Shown: positions 19,192 through 29,710, numbered from the stretch's first letter. The stretch is 64,000 nucleotides of DNA from Candidatus Aldehydirespirator catecholifindens (GCA_028283245.1 JAPYNU010000057.1:2075-66074); one strand, 5' to 3'. The notes: a model not told the origin generated them from the sequence alone. A program made the numbers and translations.

Positions 19192-19583
19192 GATGCTTGC
19201 GAAGCGGGTTCAGCTTGGGCAGTTTCGCCTGAAGCCTCTTGCGCTTCTCCAGAGCTGGCTTCAATCAGAGACGGCTCAACTTGAGGCGTTGACGCAGCTT
19301 GGGCTTCCTTAGCTTGGGCTTCCTTAGGGTCGCGGAAGTTATCCCAAGCGCCGCTGATCTTCAAGAGCTTCTCAACACGCTCAGTGGGCTGAGCACCATG
19401 TCGCAGCCAATGCAGGGCTCGATCATTGTCGATTCTCACCACCGAAGGTTCTTGGCGCGGTTCATAGAACCCGATTATCTCAATAAACCGCCCGTTTCGA
19501 GGCGAGCGCGAGTCGGCGGCCACGACACGGTAGGTGGGCTGCTTCTTCTTCCCCATCCGCATGAGGCGCAACTTGACTGCCAA
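19188..19583 (-). CDS. rpsP: 30S ribosomal protein S16
   Basis: AVKLRLMRMGKKKQPTYRVVAADSRSPRNG; TTG start; low-complexity C-terminal tail. Confidence 0.98.
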   Translation of the reverse strand: MAVKLRLMRMGKKKQPTYRVVAADSRSPRNGRFIEIIGFYEPRQEPSVVRIDNDRALHWLRHGAQPTERVEKLLKISGAWDNFRDPKEAQAKEAQAASTPQVEPSLIEASSGEAQEASGETAQAEPASQAS

Positions 19584-19688
19584 TTGTGTTTCCTTTGTCT
19601 TGTGCTTGTCTTGTGCTTGTGCTTGTCTTGTCTTTGCTGTTTGCGTGCTTCAGAATCTTCGCCGAGTCGGTTCTGCGAGATTCAAGGA

Positions 19689-21149
19689 TCAATTGAACCC
19701 GGGCCAGTCACCTTTTTCCAACCCTGGAAGAGTTAAAGGCACTTTGGGCACCGGCTGTGGACCCTTCGGAGTGGTGCGACCACCACTACCACGCCGCTTC
19801 GATTTGGATCTCCCTAACTGCCTTGAGGCACCAGATCTTGACATAGCAGTTCTACGCTTGCCACCGCCGGGATCTCCGAAACCTTTCATCATTGATCGCA
19901 TCTGTTTGAACTGATCCACCAGCGCTTTCACATCGCTGGGACGACAACCCGAACCCGCAGCGATGCGTTGACGCCGTGAAGAGTCGATAATGTCAGGCTG
20001 GGCGCGCTCAGCAGTCGTCATGGAGTGGATCATGCCAGTGATGCGAGTGATGCGGCTCTCATCAATGTCGGCACCACGTAATTGTTGCGACATGCCCGGC
20101 ATCATCGACATGATGCTGCGCAGATTGCCCATACCGAGAACTTGCTGCATCGTTGACAGAAAGTCGTCGAAAGTGAAACTGCCTTCAAGCAGTCTCGTCG
20201 CTGCCTCCTCGGCTTGCTCAGCTTCGAAAGCAGCTTCCGCCTTGTCAATAAGCGTTTCGACATCGCCCATTCCCAAGATGCGACTGGCGAGACGATCTGG
20301 GTGGAACGGCTCAAAGTCTTCGAGCTTCTCGCCCACCGACGCAAACGCAATAGGACGGCCCACAACCTCTTTCACAGAGAGCGCTGCGCCCCCGCGGGCA
20401 TCACCGTCGAGTTTTGTGAGGATCACGCCGTCAAGTTCCAGCGTGTCGTGAAACGCTTTAGCTGTGTTCACCGCATCGGAGCCGACCGTGGAATCAACCA
20501 CTAAGAAGGTGTAGTGAGGTTGCACCGCCTTGGAGATGCGCCGGGCCTGATCCATCATCTCGGTATCAACAGCCAGCCGCCCGGCTGTGTCAACTATCAC
20601 CACATCACGACCGGTTCGTGCAGCTTCAGACAGCGAAGCAGATGCCGCTTTCACTGGATTGCGGGGATGGCTGAAGACGGGCACCCCGACGCGGTCGGCA
20701 AGCGTGCGTAGCTGCTCTAGCGCTGCCGGGCGTTGCAAATCGGCACCCACCAGAAGCGGGCTGCGACCTTGACGCAAGAACCATTGAGCGAGTTTGGCGG
20801 CGTTGGTGGTCTTGCCTGCTCCCTGCAAACCAGCCAGCATGATCACGGTCGGCGGTTTAGGCGCGTAAGTGATCGAAAGTTGCTCGCCACCCAAAGTGGT
20901 GGTGAGTTCCGACAACACGATCTTGACCACCTGCTGAGCGGGGTTGAGAGCACCCGAAAGCTCCTCACCTACCGCTCGCCGCCGGATCCGCTCAGTGAGG
21001 CTGGTGACCACGTCAAGGTTGACATCGGCCTCAATCAGCGCAACACGTATCTCTTGTAGTGCCTCGTCAACATCGGCCTCAGAAAGCCGTCCCTTACCTC
21101 GAAGCTTTGAGAACGCAGCCTCGAAACGTCCAGTGAGTGTGTCAAACAT
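19689..21149 (-). CDS. ffh: Signal recognition particle protein
   Basis: GLQGAGKTT, DTAGR, TKLDGDARGG, Met-rich M domain. Confidence 0.97.
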   Translation of the reverse strand: MFDTLTGRFEAAFSKLRGKGRLSEADVDEALQEIRVALIEADVNLDVVTSLTERIRRRAVGEELSGALNPAQQVVKIVLSELTTTLGGEQLSITYAPKPPTVIMLAGLQGAGKTTNAAKLAQWFLRQGRSPLLVGADLQRPAALEQLRTLADRVGVPVFSHPRNPVKAASASLSEAARTGRDVVIVDTAGRLAVDTEMMDQARRISKAVQPHYTFLVVDSTVGSDAVNTAKAFHDTLELDGVILTKLDGDARGGAALSVKEVVGRPIAFASVGEKLEDFEPFHPDRLASRILGMGDVETLIDKAEAAFEAEQAEEAATRLLEGSFTFDDFLSTMQQVLGMGNLRSIMSMMPGMSQQLRGADIDESRITRITGMIHSMTTAERAQPDIIDSSRRQRIAAGSGCRPSDVKALVDQFKQMRSMMKGFGDPGGGKRRTAMSRSGASRQLGRSKSKRRGSGGRTTPKGPQPVPKVPLTLPGLEKGDWPGFN

Positions 21150-21262
21150 GGCCGAGCCACACTATCGGCAGCACGCTTGGGGGACTCTGCTTTAGGGGAT
21201 CAACGCAGCGAAGGGGTCGACGGTGTGGCTGAACTGGCGAAGTTGCGTGGTGAGTGGCGCTC

Positions 21263-22354
21263 TCAGTCAAACAGCGCTTCCACAAACTCTGCAGCATCGA
21301 AGGCCATGAGATCATCAATCCCTTCACCCACTCCGATGAGCTTGACCGGCGCTTTGATCTCGGCTTGCACAGATACCACTATCCCGCCTTTAGCTGAACC
21401 GTCAAGTTTGGTGAGCACGACCCCGGTGAGGTCAACAGCCTGAGTGAACTGCCGCGCCTGCGCTAAGCCGTTCTGGCCGGTGGAAGCATCAAGCACCAAC
21501 AGCGTTTCGGTGACTGTGCCTGCTCCTTTATCTGCCACTCTTCGCACTTTGCGAAGTTCGGCCATGAGGTTCTGTTCGGTGTGGAAACGGCCCGCGGTGT
21601 CGGCCAGCACTAGATCCGCTCCACGAGCTGCGGCAGATGACACTGCGTCATACACCACCGACGAGGGATCAGCACCCTCGGCACCGCCAACGAAGTGCGC
21701 CGAAGCACGCTCAGCCCACATGGCGAGTTGATCGCCCGCCGCGGCACGAAACGTGTCACCCGCGGCTAGGACTACTTGAGCACCTTGATCCGTTTGCTGT
21801 TTGGCAAGCTTGCCAACTGTGGTGGTCTTGCCGGTGCCGTTAACTCCAACAAAGAGCCACACCGCAGGGCCTGCATTCTCGTCAAGCCGCTTTAGTGACC
21901 GGTCATAGCCTTCGAGCCGTTCAAGCAGTTCGGCCTTGAGCGCTGCTATCGCCCCTTGATGCCCACTGCCATCCATATCGGCACGCTCCCTGGCTGCTGA
22001 CACAATCTCAGAACTGCTCGCCAAGCCGACATCAGCTCTGATCAAAGCCTCGGTCACCTCGGTCCAGGCCTCATCAGGCACCGCGGCACGGTCAAAGGCT
22101 GTGCTCAGCGGTCCGCTTAATGCATTGCGCGCTTTCGACAGCCGGTCACGCAAAGCAGGTCGCCCAGTGGAGGTTGCGCCGCGTGTTGCGGCTTTCTGGG
22201 CCAGCCGATCAACTACCTGATCTGCGACCTTTGCGGTGTCTGACGCACTAGGGACACCCTTTGATCTGCGGTGCCGGAGCACCAGCACAACAACGGTTGC
22301 AACAATCGCGCACAGCAAAGCTGCAAGAATCGCTAGTTCCGCGACTCCGATCAT
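21263..22354 (-). CDS. ftsY: SRP receptor FtsY with N-terminal TM helix
   Basis: GVNGTGKTTT, DTFRAAA, DTAGR, TKLDGSAKGG. Confidence 0.96.
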   Translation of the reverse strand: MIGVAELAILAALLCAIVATVVVLVLRHRRSKGVPSASDTAKVADQVVDRLAQKAATRGATSTGRPALRDRLSKARNALSGPLSTAFDRAAVPDEAWTEVTEALIRADVGLASSSEIVSAARERADMDGSGHQGAIAALKAELLERLEGYDRSLKRLDENAGPAVWLFVGVNGTGKTTTVGKLAKQQTDQGAQVVLAAGDTFRAAAGDQLAMWAERASAHFVGGAEGADPSSVVYDAVSSAAARGADLVLADTAGRFHTEQNLMAELRKVRRVADKGAGTVTETLLVLDASTGQNGLAQARQFTQAVDLTGVVLTKLDGSAKGGIVVSVQAEIKAPVKLIGVGEGIDDLMAFDAAEFVEALFD

Positions 22355-22392
22355 TTCTAGGATCTCAATTCAAGTGTTAGCTGAGTCAAGTG

Positions 22393-23820
22393 TTAGCCGA
22401 GCGCGCCTAGCACGACACTGGCAACGTAGAACTCACCGTCACGTCTGATGGTCAACTCAATAGTGTCGCCAGGCCGCAGCAGCTTGATGGCGGCTGAAAG
22501 CTCGGCTATGTCCATCATGGTTTCATCTTTGAGTTTGATAATCACATCGCCTGCGGCTAGTTCAGCCTCAGCGGCTGGAGATCCTTCCATAACATCAACG
22601 ATCAGCACGCCGCTATCAGAGCCGTCGCTGGCTTGACCAGTTATGCCCAGATAACCGAGTTCTAGAGATTCGCCAGCAATGATGCGTTCGGCGATCAACT
22701 CAATCGTGTCGCCGGGAATAGCGAAACCCACTCCGGCGCTGCCACCGCTCGGGGTGAGAATCTTGGAGTTCATCCCGATCACTCGACCTTGTGAATCGGC
22801 TAGCGCACCACCAGAGTTGCCGCGGTTAATGGCGGCATCGGTCTGAATCATCTCAATAGGAATCGCTGGGCAGCGAAGATCGCCCAAGCGCTGGTCGCCT
22901 TGCAGAACTTCAATGCGCACTGCGCTGACGATCCCGGCGGTGACTGTTCCGGTCAGGTTGAAGGGACTGCCGATAGCCACAGCCAACTGTCCTACCCGCA
23001 CCGACGAGACCGGGGCGAAGGGGGCCGCTACCAGCTCAGCAGCCTGAGGGTCTACTTGCACTACCGCCACATCGTGCTCACATGATCCGCCGAGGACCTC
23101 ACCATCTAGCTGCGTTCCGTCCGGAAGGGTGACCGAAACTTCGGTGACACCTTCAACGACATGCTCATTGGTGACGATGTAGCCGTTGCGGGCGTCCCAG
23201 ACAATGCCTGAACCCAGCCCGAACAAAGCGCTGGGTGCAAGGTCTGAGTCGGAGAACACTTCAATACGCACAACCGACGGACTCAGCGCCTCAGCCACAG
23301 CCACAACCGGCTCATCAGAGTCAAACGGCACCAGCGACGGCTGAAGACCTCCTTCGGCGGCTTGCTCAGGGGGTTCGTTGATAGGCATCAAAGATGACGA
23401 TGACGATGATGAACCGGGGGCAGCGTCGTTAGCGGTTGGAGTTCCGACAGTGGCCGACGGCTCAACGGTTCTTGACGGCTCCACAGCAGATGGATCAGCT
23501 GCTTCGTTGACGGCAGCAGAGGACTCCGCATCGGGCGCTTCGCTATTTTCGATCGCAGCGATCTCTTCAGTTGATGCCGGTCTCAATCTAGAACCTGCCG
23601 TCGCATCGGAGGACTCCTCGGAAACGACCACACCCACAACAGCGCCAGCACCAAAAAGCAGACAAGCACAAAGCGCTACCAAAGCAGTCAGCCACGCCCG
23701 ACGCCGCGTCGAAGGCTCAGCTCTCAAAGTCGTCGGTTCAATCGCAGGTGGCCGCAGCACCGCAGTGGCTTCAGCAGGCCTGATAGTCGCAGTTGTTGTA
23801 ACAGCTTCAAAGTTTTTCAT
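22393..23820 (-). CDS. HtrA/DegP-like serine protease with PDZ domain
   Basis: TM anchor, TNEHVV, DVAVV, IQTDAAINRGNSGG, C-terminal PDZ. Confidence 0.93.
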   Translation of the reverse strand: MKNFEAVTTTATIRPAEATAVLRPPAIEPTTLRAEPSTRRRAWLTALVALCACLLFGAGAVVGVVVSEESSDATAGSRLRPASTEEIAAIENSEAPDAESSAAVNEAADPSAVEPSRTVEPSATVGTPTANDAAPGSSSSSSSLMPINEPPEQAAEGGLQPSLVPFDSDEPVVAVAEALSPSVVRIEVFSDSDLAPSALFGLGSGIVWDARNGYIVTNEHVVEGVTEVSVTLPDGTQLDGEVLGGSCEHDVAVVQVDPQAAELVAAPFAPVSSVRVGQLAVAIGSPFNLTGTVTAGIVSAVRIEVLQGDQRLGDLRCPAIPIEMIQTDAAINRGNSGGALADSQGRVIGMNSKILTPSGGSAGVGFAIPGDTIELIAERIIAGESLELGYLGITGQASDGSDSGVLIVDVMEGSPAAEAELAAGDVIIKLKDETMMDIAELSAAIKLLRPGDTIELTIRRDGEFYVASVVLGALG

Positions 23821-24105
23821 CAGGACTACAAGCTACGACCCAACCAGCAAAACGCAATCAAGAAACGACCTCAATCCAAGCCGTTGAGAGCTATTAGAGA
23901 GCCCACATTATACCCAAAGCACCGCAACACAAGAAGAACTCTGCGCTCGGATTCGGTTGTTGCGAAACTGTGGCTGGCATCAACAGGATTTGTTGCTAGC
24001 AGCCTCGGAGGCAAGGGCGGGTTGCGTTATACGCGGATCAACCGTTGCTGCCGAAGGCTAGCTTCTGCTGTGATAAGCAATATTTTTGTGTGAAAGGGGT
24101 TGCTT

Positions 24106-24127
24106 TGTCACACCCATAGACTATACT
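24106..24127 (+). promoter_or_regulatory. Leaderless promoter resembling the PafBC/RecA-NDp DNA-damage promoter
   Basis: TGTCAC-N10-TATACT, 7 nt before the ATG at 24135 (mycobacterial consensus TGTCGG-N10-TA-N3-T). Confidence 0.5.
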
Positions 24128-24134
24128 GCTGTTC

Positions 24135-25556
24135 ATGATCTTAGAAGACGCTCAACAAGCGGTCTCAGCCACCCAACGCATGCTTGTAGCAGTGCGCTCT
24201 GGTGTGGTGGCCTCAGATGAGTTGCGTGCCGCGTTGGAAGCAACGCGAGAGTTGATGGCTGCTGGTGCAGCATTCCAGACCACTGCTGCTGAGCTGATCG
24301 CCGCTCGCGAACGCCACGGTGACGGCGGTGCTGAGGTGCTGGCCGTATCGGCTGGACTCACTCAAAGCGAAGCGCATAACCAAGTCAAAACCGCTCAAGT
24401 GCTGCGCCAAGTCCCGCAGCTACGAGACGCAGTGCAATCAGGTGAAGTGTCCTCAGCGAACGCACGGCGATTAGCTGACGTGATCACCAAAACCAGCTCT
24501 GCAGCAGTCGCAGATGATGCTGAACTGTTGCAGCAAGCATCTTCTCTGCGGCCTGAACAGTTCAAACACACTGCGCAACGCTGGATCACAGCCCAGCAGG
24601 CCGACAAAGGGGCTTCAGAGCATGCCCGACAGCGTGCTAAACGATATCTGAAGTTCTATGACACAGACGACGGCATGATCGCTATGCACGGCGAGTTCGA
24701 CAAGATCACCGGCACACGTATACATAACCGGATACGCCACATCGCAGGCAAGTTGTTCGACAACGACAAGAAGCTCCCCAAAGACAACAGACGCCAGTTC
24801 ACGCAATGCATGGCCGATGCTCTAGACCACAACACCATCCCTGCTGCGACAACCAGAAGCAGAGATCGCAGCCATCAAAGTGCCGTAACCGGCTGCACTG
24901 AAAACGCCGTAACTAGTGCAACAACAGCAGTTGGTGATGCTAACACCGCTAGCAATGACGAGGTAATCGGTGTGGCTGGTGGTTGGGTGGCTGATATCAC
25001 ACTGGTTGCTCGTGTAGATGACACCACCGGTGAACTAATCGCTGAACTCTCAGACGGATCACGGCTACCACCAGCAGTGTTGGAGGAACTCTCCTGCAAC
25101 ACACGTTGGACAGGTCTCGTGTATGACCGGGTTGGTGACGCAATCTGGCGTAACCGCTCACGCCGAACAGTCACAGACTCTCAATGGCAAACACTGCTCA
25201 CCATCTACGGCGGCTGCTTCCACTGCGGAGCGCCACCATCCATATGTCAAGCCCATCACATCACCCCGTATTCCCAAGGTGGGGCTACCAGCGTCAAAAA
25301 CATGGTCATGGTGTGCTGGAACTGCCACCATCACATTCACCACAACAACTGGCGCATCCAAACCCACGACGACGGCAGCCATACCCTGCACCCACCAGCT
25401 AACCCAGCCACCCAACCCCGACACGGGCCAGCCCACGCCGAAGACCTGCCAATGCCAGCACCACCACCCCTCAGACGTGGGCGATCACCAACCAGAACCC
25501 AGAACAAGCCAAATCGAACCAAAACTAGTGCTAGAGACCCGGCCACGCTCTGGTAA
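24135..25556 (+). CDS. DUF222 + HNH endonuclease protein (13E12-repeat-like)
   Basis: C-terminal GCFHCGAPPSICQAHHI...GGATSVKNMVMVCWNCHHHIH; N-terminal helical DUF222-like region; interrupts the smc-htrA-ftsY run on the opposite strand. Confidence 0.88.
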   Translation: MILEDAQQAVSATQRMLVAVRSGVVASDELRAALEATRELMAAGAAFQTTAAELIAARERHGDGGAEVLAVSAGLTQSEAHNQVKTAQVLRQVPQLRDAVQSGEVSSANARRLADVITKTSSAAVADDAELLQQASSLRPEQFKHTAQRWITAQQADKGASEHARQRAKRYLKFYDTDDGMIAMHGEFDKITGTRIHNRIRHIAGKLFDNDKKLPKDNRRQFTQCMADALDHNTIPAATTRSRDRSHQSAVTGCTENAVTSATTAVGDANTASNDEVIGVAGGWVADITLVARVDDTTGELIAELSDGSRLPPAVLEELSCNTRWTGLVYDRVGDAIWRNRSRRTVTDSQWQTLLTIYGGCFHCGAPPSICQAHHITPYSQGGATSVKNMVMVCWNCHHHIHHNNWRIQTHDDGSHTLHPPANPATQPRHGPAHAEDLPMPAPPPLRRGRSPTRTQNKPNRTKTSARDPATLW

Positions 25557-25760
25557 AGACTGTCACTACATTGGGCGGACAACCACACCAACGCAGTACC
25601 AGATCAAGAGATCAAATCAAAACATCAACTAGTCCAGTGAGTGAAAGACGGGCAGCCCAACCAAGGCTCCATACCGGTAACAGCGTCTCCCCTGTCTGGA
25701 ACAGCAAGCCATCCTGATCTTTGCTGCTGTGTGGATATACGGATGCCGCATACCCGGTAA

Positions 25761-26010
25761 CCGAGCGAGCGAGCGCTGCTACTCGCAGCAGCGTGGCAAC
25801 GTTTTGCGGAACCGCCACTTTGCGTAACGATCGGCGTTACGGACACCCCTTCCGATGACCGTGAGCGCGCAGCAGCAGCCGCAGCACACCTTGGACTTAA
25901 TCATGTCGCTGTGGAGCTTGAACCTGGCGACATTCAGCAACTTGCAGCTTCGGCGGTAGGAGTTCTTGGTATTGACGAGCTATGGGAGATCGGCGGCGGC
26001 GGTACCGAGC
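25761..26010 (+). pseudogene. Start-less fragment resembling an asparagine-synthase-like adenylation domain
   Basis: Frame open from 25761 after TAA: ALLLAAAWQRFAEPPLCVTIGVTDTPSDDRERAAAAAAHLGLNHVAVELEPGDIQQLAASAVGVLG. Confidence 0.4.
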
Positions 26011-26557
26011 ATGGCTGCGAACCCAGTTGCCACATCGAGAAAATCTCTGCAACGAGACCCTCGAGAAAATCTCCCAACTCTGCTGGAGGGTCTACGAAAA
26101 AGGTCGGGACGTGTGTGCCGGGTTTGAGCATAATGAAGCCGGGCGACCAATTTTCTTAAGCGAGTCAGAAGCAGAACTGCTCGTGGACGGGATGCTTTAT
26201 CTTTACAGTGCTCGCTACGCCTTAGACATTGATCGGATGCGGGCAGCTCTCAAGTCGCTTGATGCTGCGGCACCTGCTGGCATTTTACTGTCGGACCATC
26301 CTATATTCGAAGCTGCTGAGGTTTGGTGCGAGGTCGGGGAAGCAAGCCGTGCAGCAAGAAAAGGTACAGCAAGAGGAGGTGCAGCAAATAGTCCTCAAGA
26401 CACTGGGCTTCCAACACCAGAGCGCGTCAGAGCCATAGCCGACCGTGCCCGCAGCGAGGGCTACATCAAAGCTGTCGACTGGTTTAGGCGAAGAGGGTTA
26501 GGAGTATGGGAAGAGGAGCTAAGCAGCTTCAGAGACACGCTCGGATACGATCACTGA
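25982..26557 (+). CDS. Hypothetical protein or gene remnant
   Basis: 191-aa ORF; last 39 bp are antisense to the smc end; no recognisable motif. Confidence 0.4.
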   Translation: MGDRRRRYRAWLRTQLPHRENLCNETLEKISQLCWRVYEKGRDVCAGFEHNEAGRPIFLSESEAELLVDGMLYLYSARYALDIDRMRAALKSLDAAAPAGILLSDHPIFEAAEVWCEVGEASRAARKGTARGGAANSPQDTGLPTPERVRAIADRARSEGYIKAVDWFRRRGLGVWEEELSSFRDTLGYDH

Positions 26558-29500
26558 CGAGCCGCCAGGCTTCATTGACACGCCCTGCAGGCAGTCAGCC
26601 GCTTCCATGGTGCGCTTTTGGTGAGTAACGATCACCAGCTGGGCGTCGCTGCGGAACTCGTCAAGCAGTTTCAAGAAGCGATGCAGGTTGATGTCATCAA
26701 GCGCTGCTTCCACCTCGTCCATCACATAGAAGGGCGCTGGCCGACTGCGGAAAACTGCGAACAGGAACGCAAGCGCCACCAAGGTCCGCTCCCCACCAGA
26801 CAGCAGCGACAACCTCTTGATGTTCTTGCCTGAGGGTTTGGCCGAGATCTCAATGCCGCTATCGAGCAGGTCTTCGGGGTCGCTGAGGCTCAATCGACCC
26901 TCCCCGCCTGGGAACAGTGCTGCGAACAGCGCCTCAAAGTTGGAAGCCACATCCACGAAAGCGGAACTGAAAGTCGCTTTGATCTCACGGTCAATGAGAC
27001 GAATCACCTTGTTGAGGTCTCTGCGAGCGGCTCGAATGTCTTCAAGTTGGCCTTTCATCAACTCGTAACGCTCATAGAGTTCGTCGTATTCTGCTAAAGC
27101 AAGCGGGTTGACCGGGCCGATGATCTCCAACTCGGCACTCAGTTGAGTCATCCGCGCTGAGGCATCTAGCCCTTCAGGCAGCTCTGGCAGAGGCATCTGG
27201 GCTGCCTGTTGAGGTGAAAGCCCGTGATCATCGCGCAGCCGCTCAACCGCTCCCTGCAGCAGGGTGCGCAACTCCGCCTCCTCGACATCGCGGCGGTTTT
27301 CGGCGCGACGTATCGCCTCGTAACGGTCTTCTGCTTCGGCGTGACGACACCGTAGTTCTTTGAGCCCCGAAGCTAGAACTCTCACCTCTTGAGATGATCT
27401 ACGGTGCAGATCGCGGATCTCGCTGAGGTTGCCGTCAACTACGCCAGTCTTGTGCTCAAGTACCTGCTTGAGAGCGTTGAGCACTGCTGTTTCACGCTGC
27501 CATGTAGCTATGCGGCTTGCGATTTCGGCGCGCGAATCTTGGTGGCGCAAAAGTCTGCTTTGCAGTTCTTGGACGCGAGATTCAAGCATTCGTTGCTGCT
27601 GTTTCAGTCCGGCTTCGCTGGCTTTCTGCCCTGCGACGGCAGCAGCGACCTCAGCGCTTCTTTGCTGCAAGCTACTACGAGCGTCTGCTGCGGCGCTTTC
27701 GGCTGCTGCAAGAAGCGCAGCGGCTTCTTGGGCCTCTTCGCTGGCCAGACTGTGTTGATGCCGAACCTGCTCACAGGTGTCCACTGCCTGCAAGCAAGCT
27801 TTCTCAGTGTCTTTGATCCGCTGATTGGCTTCGTTGAGAGCAGGTCTAAGCCCGGCCGTGCTGTCAGCGCCAAGCCTCCAACCTCTCGCGCTTACACGAT
27901 CTCCAGTTGGTGTCACCACCACCAGATGGCGGTGCCGCATCCAAGTGTCGGCTGCGGCACGCCAGTTGCCATCAACTAGGATCGTGTTGACTAGCAGCAG
28001 GTCTAGGAACTGTTCCACTTCAGGGTTTTTGCTGCTCACATGACTTCGTAACAAATCCAGATTGAGGTCGTCGCTGAGAGGTGCCCGGCTGAGACTGGCT
28101 TCATTGACTGTGCTGTCGCAGTCCACTGCAATGACCAATGCACCCGTGTCACCAGCCTCAAAGCTTTGCAACAGGCGACGCGCTGCTGCAACATCACGCA
28201 CCACCACCGCGCTGATCGCATCTCCTGCTGCGGCTGAGAAAGCTGCTTCAAGACCTGGATCAACTCTTACCAGTTCGCTCAACCGCCCTAAGACTCCTTG
28301 AGTTGATGCATCTAAAGCGACCGATGCCGCTGTGGTGGCTTCTTGAAGAGCCATCGCCAAAGCCTCGCTGCGCGCCTTCCAGTGTCGCAGTTCGCCTTCG
28401 GCTCGCGAACGTGCCTCTACCGCTTCGGCCAGCATCGAAGCGGCATCGCTCAAAGCCTCCTCGGCAACCGTAAGCCGGTTTCGTCTCAGTTTGCATTCGT
28501 TCATTTCTGAGCTTCGTGCCTCGAAGTCAGCGACTTCAGCCTCCCAACGCTCATGCAAGCCCGCTACACGGCTCCGCTCGGAGTGGGCCGCATCCAGCGA
28601 CTTCACAACCTTGTCAAGCTCTTGACGACACTGATTCGCCTCGGCTTGCAGCACCGCCAGCAAATCCTGATCCGCTTCGGTGGCTTGCTGACGCTCAATG
28701 CTTCGCAGGCGCTCCCCAACAACCGCTGCCTGACCTTGCGCCCTAGCGCGCAGACCCTCAAGTTGAGCGAGATGCTCTGAATGGTCGGTCATCCCATGCC
28801 GGGCGAGGCTCTGCTCGTCGGCAGCGACCTGCTCGCCGAGTTGCTCTAGTTCAGCTCGCAGATCGGCTTGCAGCGCCAGCTGCTGCTCACGGCGCTCTTT
28901 ATGTTGTCGAAGCTGATCACGCATCCCAGCTATCTCACGACCGGCCAGACAGATCCTGAGATTCGTCAGTTCTGTCAGCAGATCGGAATGGCGTCGAGCC
29001 GCTGAAGCTTGCTTCTCTAAGGGGCTCAAACGTCGGCGCTGCTCACGCAGCAGATCACTCATACGAGTGAGATCAGCGTCGCTGGCAAAGAGACGCCGTT
29101 CGGCTCGCTCGCGACGTTTGCGGAATTTGAGGATCCCGGCCGCCTCCTCCACCACGATGCGGCGATCAGTGGGGCGTGCGTTGAGGACCGCGTCAATCTG
29201 GTTCTGCGACACGATCATGTGCTGTTGACGACCGATACCAGCATCAGACAGCAGTTCGTTGATATCAAGCAGACGACAAGGGCTGCCGTTGAGCGCATAG
29301 CTTGACTCGCCGTTGCGGAACAAGCAGCGGGTGATCTGCACTTCACTGGCTGCTACGGGCAGGGACGCGTCAGAGTTGTCGATCGTCAACGAGACTTCCG
29401 CGCGTCCTAGAGCGGACTTGTTGGTCGTGCCCGCAAAGATCACATCATCCATACGACCAGAACGCACTGCGCTCGGCGCCTGAGCTCCAAGCACCCAAGC

Positions 29501-29632
29501 CAACGCGTCAACGACATTGGATTTGCCGCTGCCATTGGGGCCGACAACCACAGTGATCCCCGGCTCCAGCCTGATTGAGGCTGGCTCAGCGAAAGACTTG
29601 AAGCCTTTGAGCGTCAGCGTCTTCAGGTGCAT
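26519..29632 (-). CDS. smc: Chromosome segregation protein SMC
   Basis: GFKSFA, GPNGSGKSN, coiled coils, hinge, LSGGE, MDEVEAALD. Confidence 0.96.
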   Translation of the reverse strand: MHLKTLTLKGFKSFAEPASIRLEPGITVVVGPNGSGKSNVVDALAWVLGAQAPSAVRSGRMDDVIFAGTTNKSALGRAEVSLTIDNSDASLPVAASEVQITRCLFRNGESSYALNGSPCRLLDINELLSDAGIGRQQHMIVSQNQIDAVLNARPTDRRIVVEEAAGILKFRKRRERAERRLFASDADLTRMSDLLREQRRRLSPLEKQASAARRHSDLLTELTNLRICLAGREIAGMRDQLRQHKERREQQLALQADLRAELEQLGEQVAADEQSLARHGMTDHSEHLAQLEGLRARAQGQAAVVGERLRSIERQQATEADQDLLAVLQAEANQCRQELDKVVKSLDAAHSERSRVAGLHERWEAEVADFEARSSEMNECKLRRNRLTVAEEALSDAASMLAEAVEARSRAEGELRHWKARSEALAMALQEATTAASVALDASTQGVLGRLSELVRVDPGLEAAFSAAAGDAISAVVVRDVAAARRLLQSFEAGDTGALVIAVDCDSTVNEASLSRAPLSDDLNLDLLRSHVSSKNPEVEQFLDLLLVNTILVDGNWRAAADTWMRHRHLVVVTPTGDRVSARGWRLGADSTAGLRPALNEANQRIKDTEKACLQAVDTCEQVRHQHSLASEEAQEAAALLAAAESAAADARSSLQQRSAEVAAAVAGQKASEAGLKQQQRMLESRVQELQSRLLRHQDSRAEIASRIATWQRETAVLNALKQVLEHKTGVVDGNLSEIRDLHRRSSQEVRVLASGLKELRCRHAEAEDRYEAIRRAENRRDVEEAELRTLLQGAVERLRDDHGLSPQQAAQMPLPELPEGLDASARMTQLSAELEIIGPVNPLALAEYDELYERYELMKGQLEDIRAARRDLNKVIRLIDREIKATFSSAFVDVASNFEALFAALFPGGEGRLSLSDPEDLLDSGIEISAKPSGKNIKRLSLLSGGERTLVALAFLFAVFRSRPAPFYVMDEVEAALDDINLHRFLKLLDEFRSDAQLVIVTHQKRTMEAADCLQGVSMKPGGSSVIVSERVSEAA

Positions 29633-29710
29633 AACGGCGACGATAGCTGACCCAGCCGCAACGATCGATGCTTTTGCGGATTGCTTTGCTGCCCAGAGTT
29701 TCGAGAGCTT

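Noticed and set aside
19586-19650. (ttgtgc/ttgtc)n low-complexity run upstream of rpsP as a structured leader RNA
   Set aside because: No complementary stems; looks like slippage expansion.
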